Shown here: one piece after another, positions 23,486 to 24,000 of the stretch
Layout: each line of letters opens with the position of its first letter
Numbering within the stretch: the stretch's first letter is position 1
Assembly (NCBI RefSeq): GCF_024171765.1
Contig: NZ_JAMTCI010000001.1
Coordinates: 1,868,557 to 1,892,556 of the forward strand
DNA from: Williamsia deligens
GTDB taxonomy: Bacteria; Actinomycetota; Actinomycetes; Mycobacteriales; Mycobacteriaceae
Direction: 5' to 3'
Length of the DNA stretch: 24,000 nt
Made by a program: the position numbers and the translations under genes
The notes under the pieces: model-generated
The model's database searches: none
Told to the model about the DNA's origin: nothing
What the model saw: only the letters and a program-made list of their open reading frames with translations

Positions 23486-24000
23486 TCACGCCCCCAGCAT
23501 GGCCTGGCCGCACACGCGGACCACGTTGCCGGTGACCGCGGACGACGCGGGTTTGGCGAAGTAGGCGACGGTCTCGGCGACGTCCACCGTCTGCCCGCCC
23601 TGCTGCAGCGTGCTCAGCAGGCGGCCGCCCTCACGGGTGGCGAGCGGGATCGCGGCGGTCATCTGCGTCTCGATGAAACCGGGCGCCACCGCGTTGATGG
23701 TGATGCCCTTCTCGCCGAGGATCGGTGCGTACGTGTCGACGAGGCCGATGACGCCGGCCTTCGAGGCGCCGTAGTTGGTCTGGCCGCGGTTGCCCGCGAT
23801 GCCCGCGATCGACGACACGTCGATGACCGCGCCACCCGACCTGAGGGCGTCGGCCGCGACGAGGTCGTCGACGAGCTTCTGCGGCGCGATCAGGTTCACG
23901 GCGATCACCGAGTTCCAGCGCCCCGCGTCCATGTTCGCGAGCAGCTTGTCGCGGGTGATGCCGGCGTTGTTGACGATGATGTCGAGTCCGCCGTGACGCT
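23486..24000 (-). CDS. fabG4: 3-oxoacyl-[ACP/CoA] reductase, SDR (FabG4-like), C-terminal part; 5' end outside the window
   Basis: The track starts this ORF at the internal Met (23932), but the frame stays open to nt 24000. My translation of the extra codons is ...[28 protein letters not shown]..., which contains the NNAG motif. The catalytic YGASKAG (Y-x3-K) lies downstream. The gene is coupled to htdX. Confidence 0.85.
   Translation of the reverse strand, partial: RHGGLDIIVNNAGITRDKLLANMDAGRWNSVIAVNLIAPQKLVDDLVAADALRSGGAVIDVSSIAGIAGNRGQTNYGASKAGVIGLVDTYAPILGEKGITINAVAPGFIETQMTAAIPLATREGGRLLSTLQQGGQTVDVAETVAYFAKPASSAVTGNVVRVCGQAMLGA

Noticed and set aside
22588-23535. 315-aa plus-strand ORF
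   Set aside because: It is antisense to htdX and R/D/G/E-rich with no motifs.
1-24000. Search for defence systems, toxin-antitoxin pairs, CRISPR repeats, tRNA/tmRNA, IS elements or integrases
   Set aside because: No regularly spaced direct repeats, no tRNA-like cloverleaf regions in the short intergenic gaps, and no ORF with nuclease, transposase, recombinase or ATPase-defence motifs were recognisable by eye. All sizeable intergenic gaps (93-193 nt) are accounted for by promoters and terminators.

Overview
High-GC (roughly 70%) actinobacterial chromosomal DNA, almost entirely coding. I call 23 CDS, two of them cut by the window edges. I saw no tRNA, rRNA, CRISPR array, transposase, integrase or phage genes. 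The backbone is the Mycobacteriales cell-envelope locus. As I recall it, in M. tuberculosis this runs Rv0235c - aftD (Rv0236c) - Rv0236A - lpqI (Rv0237) - TetR (Rv0238) ... htdX (Rv0241c) - fabG4 (Rv0242c). Here it contains a DUF3068/PorA-like membrane protein, a 1434-aa AftD-like arabinofuranosyltransferase, a 66-aa membrane protein, the LpqI/NagZ lipoprotein, TetR regulators, and an HtdX-like MaoC dehydratase with a partial FabG4-like reductase. The left part (0.8-5.5 kb, minus strand) is a tightly coupled chain: short MmpL - TetR - SRPBCC - FAD-dependent oxidoreductase. Between the TetR genes and htdX lies a ~6 kb block not present in the M. tuberculosis arrangement: SDR, a second MmpL, a divergent MarR, VOC/glyoxalase, a small AraC, a GT2 glycosyltransferase, and a tail-anchored protein built of 11-residue repeats. 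Many long ORFs in the supplied track are antisense shadow ORFs typical of high-GC DNA, or N-terminal over-extensions; I trimmed starts where SD sequences, overlapping start/stop codons or domain boundaries supported it. I find no evidence for a defence island or mobile element. The most unusual items are: a 160-nt convergent 3' overlap between an acyltransferase-3 gene and aftD; a universal stress protein gene translationally coupled to the aftD chain; a nested 16-bp/9-bp inverted repeat between lpqI and a small ORF; AT-rich palindromes in front of three regulator-linked units; and the LEA/apolipoprotein-like repeat protein. All family assignments come from reading motifs by eye and from remembered synteny; no database search was possible.
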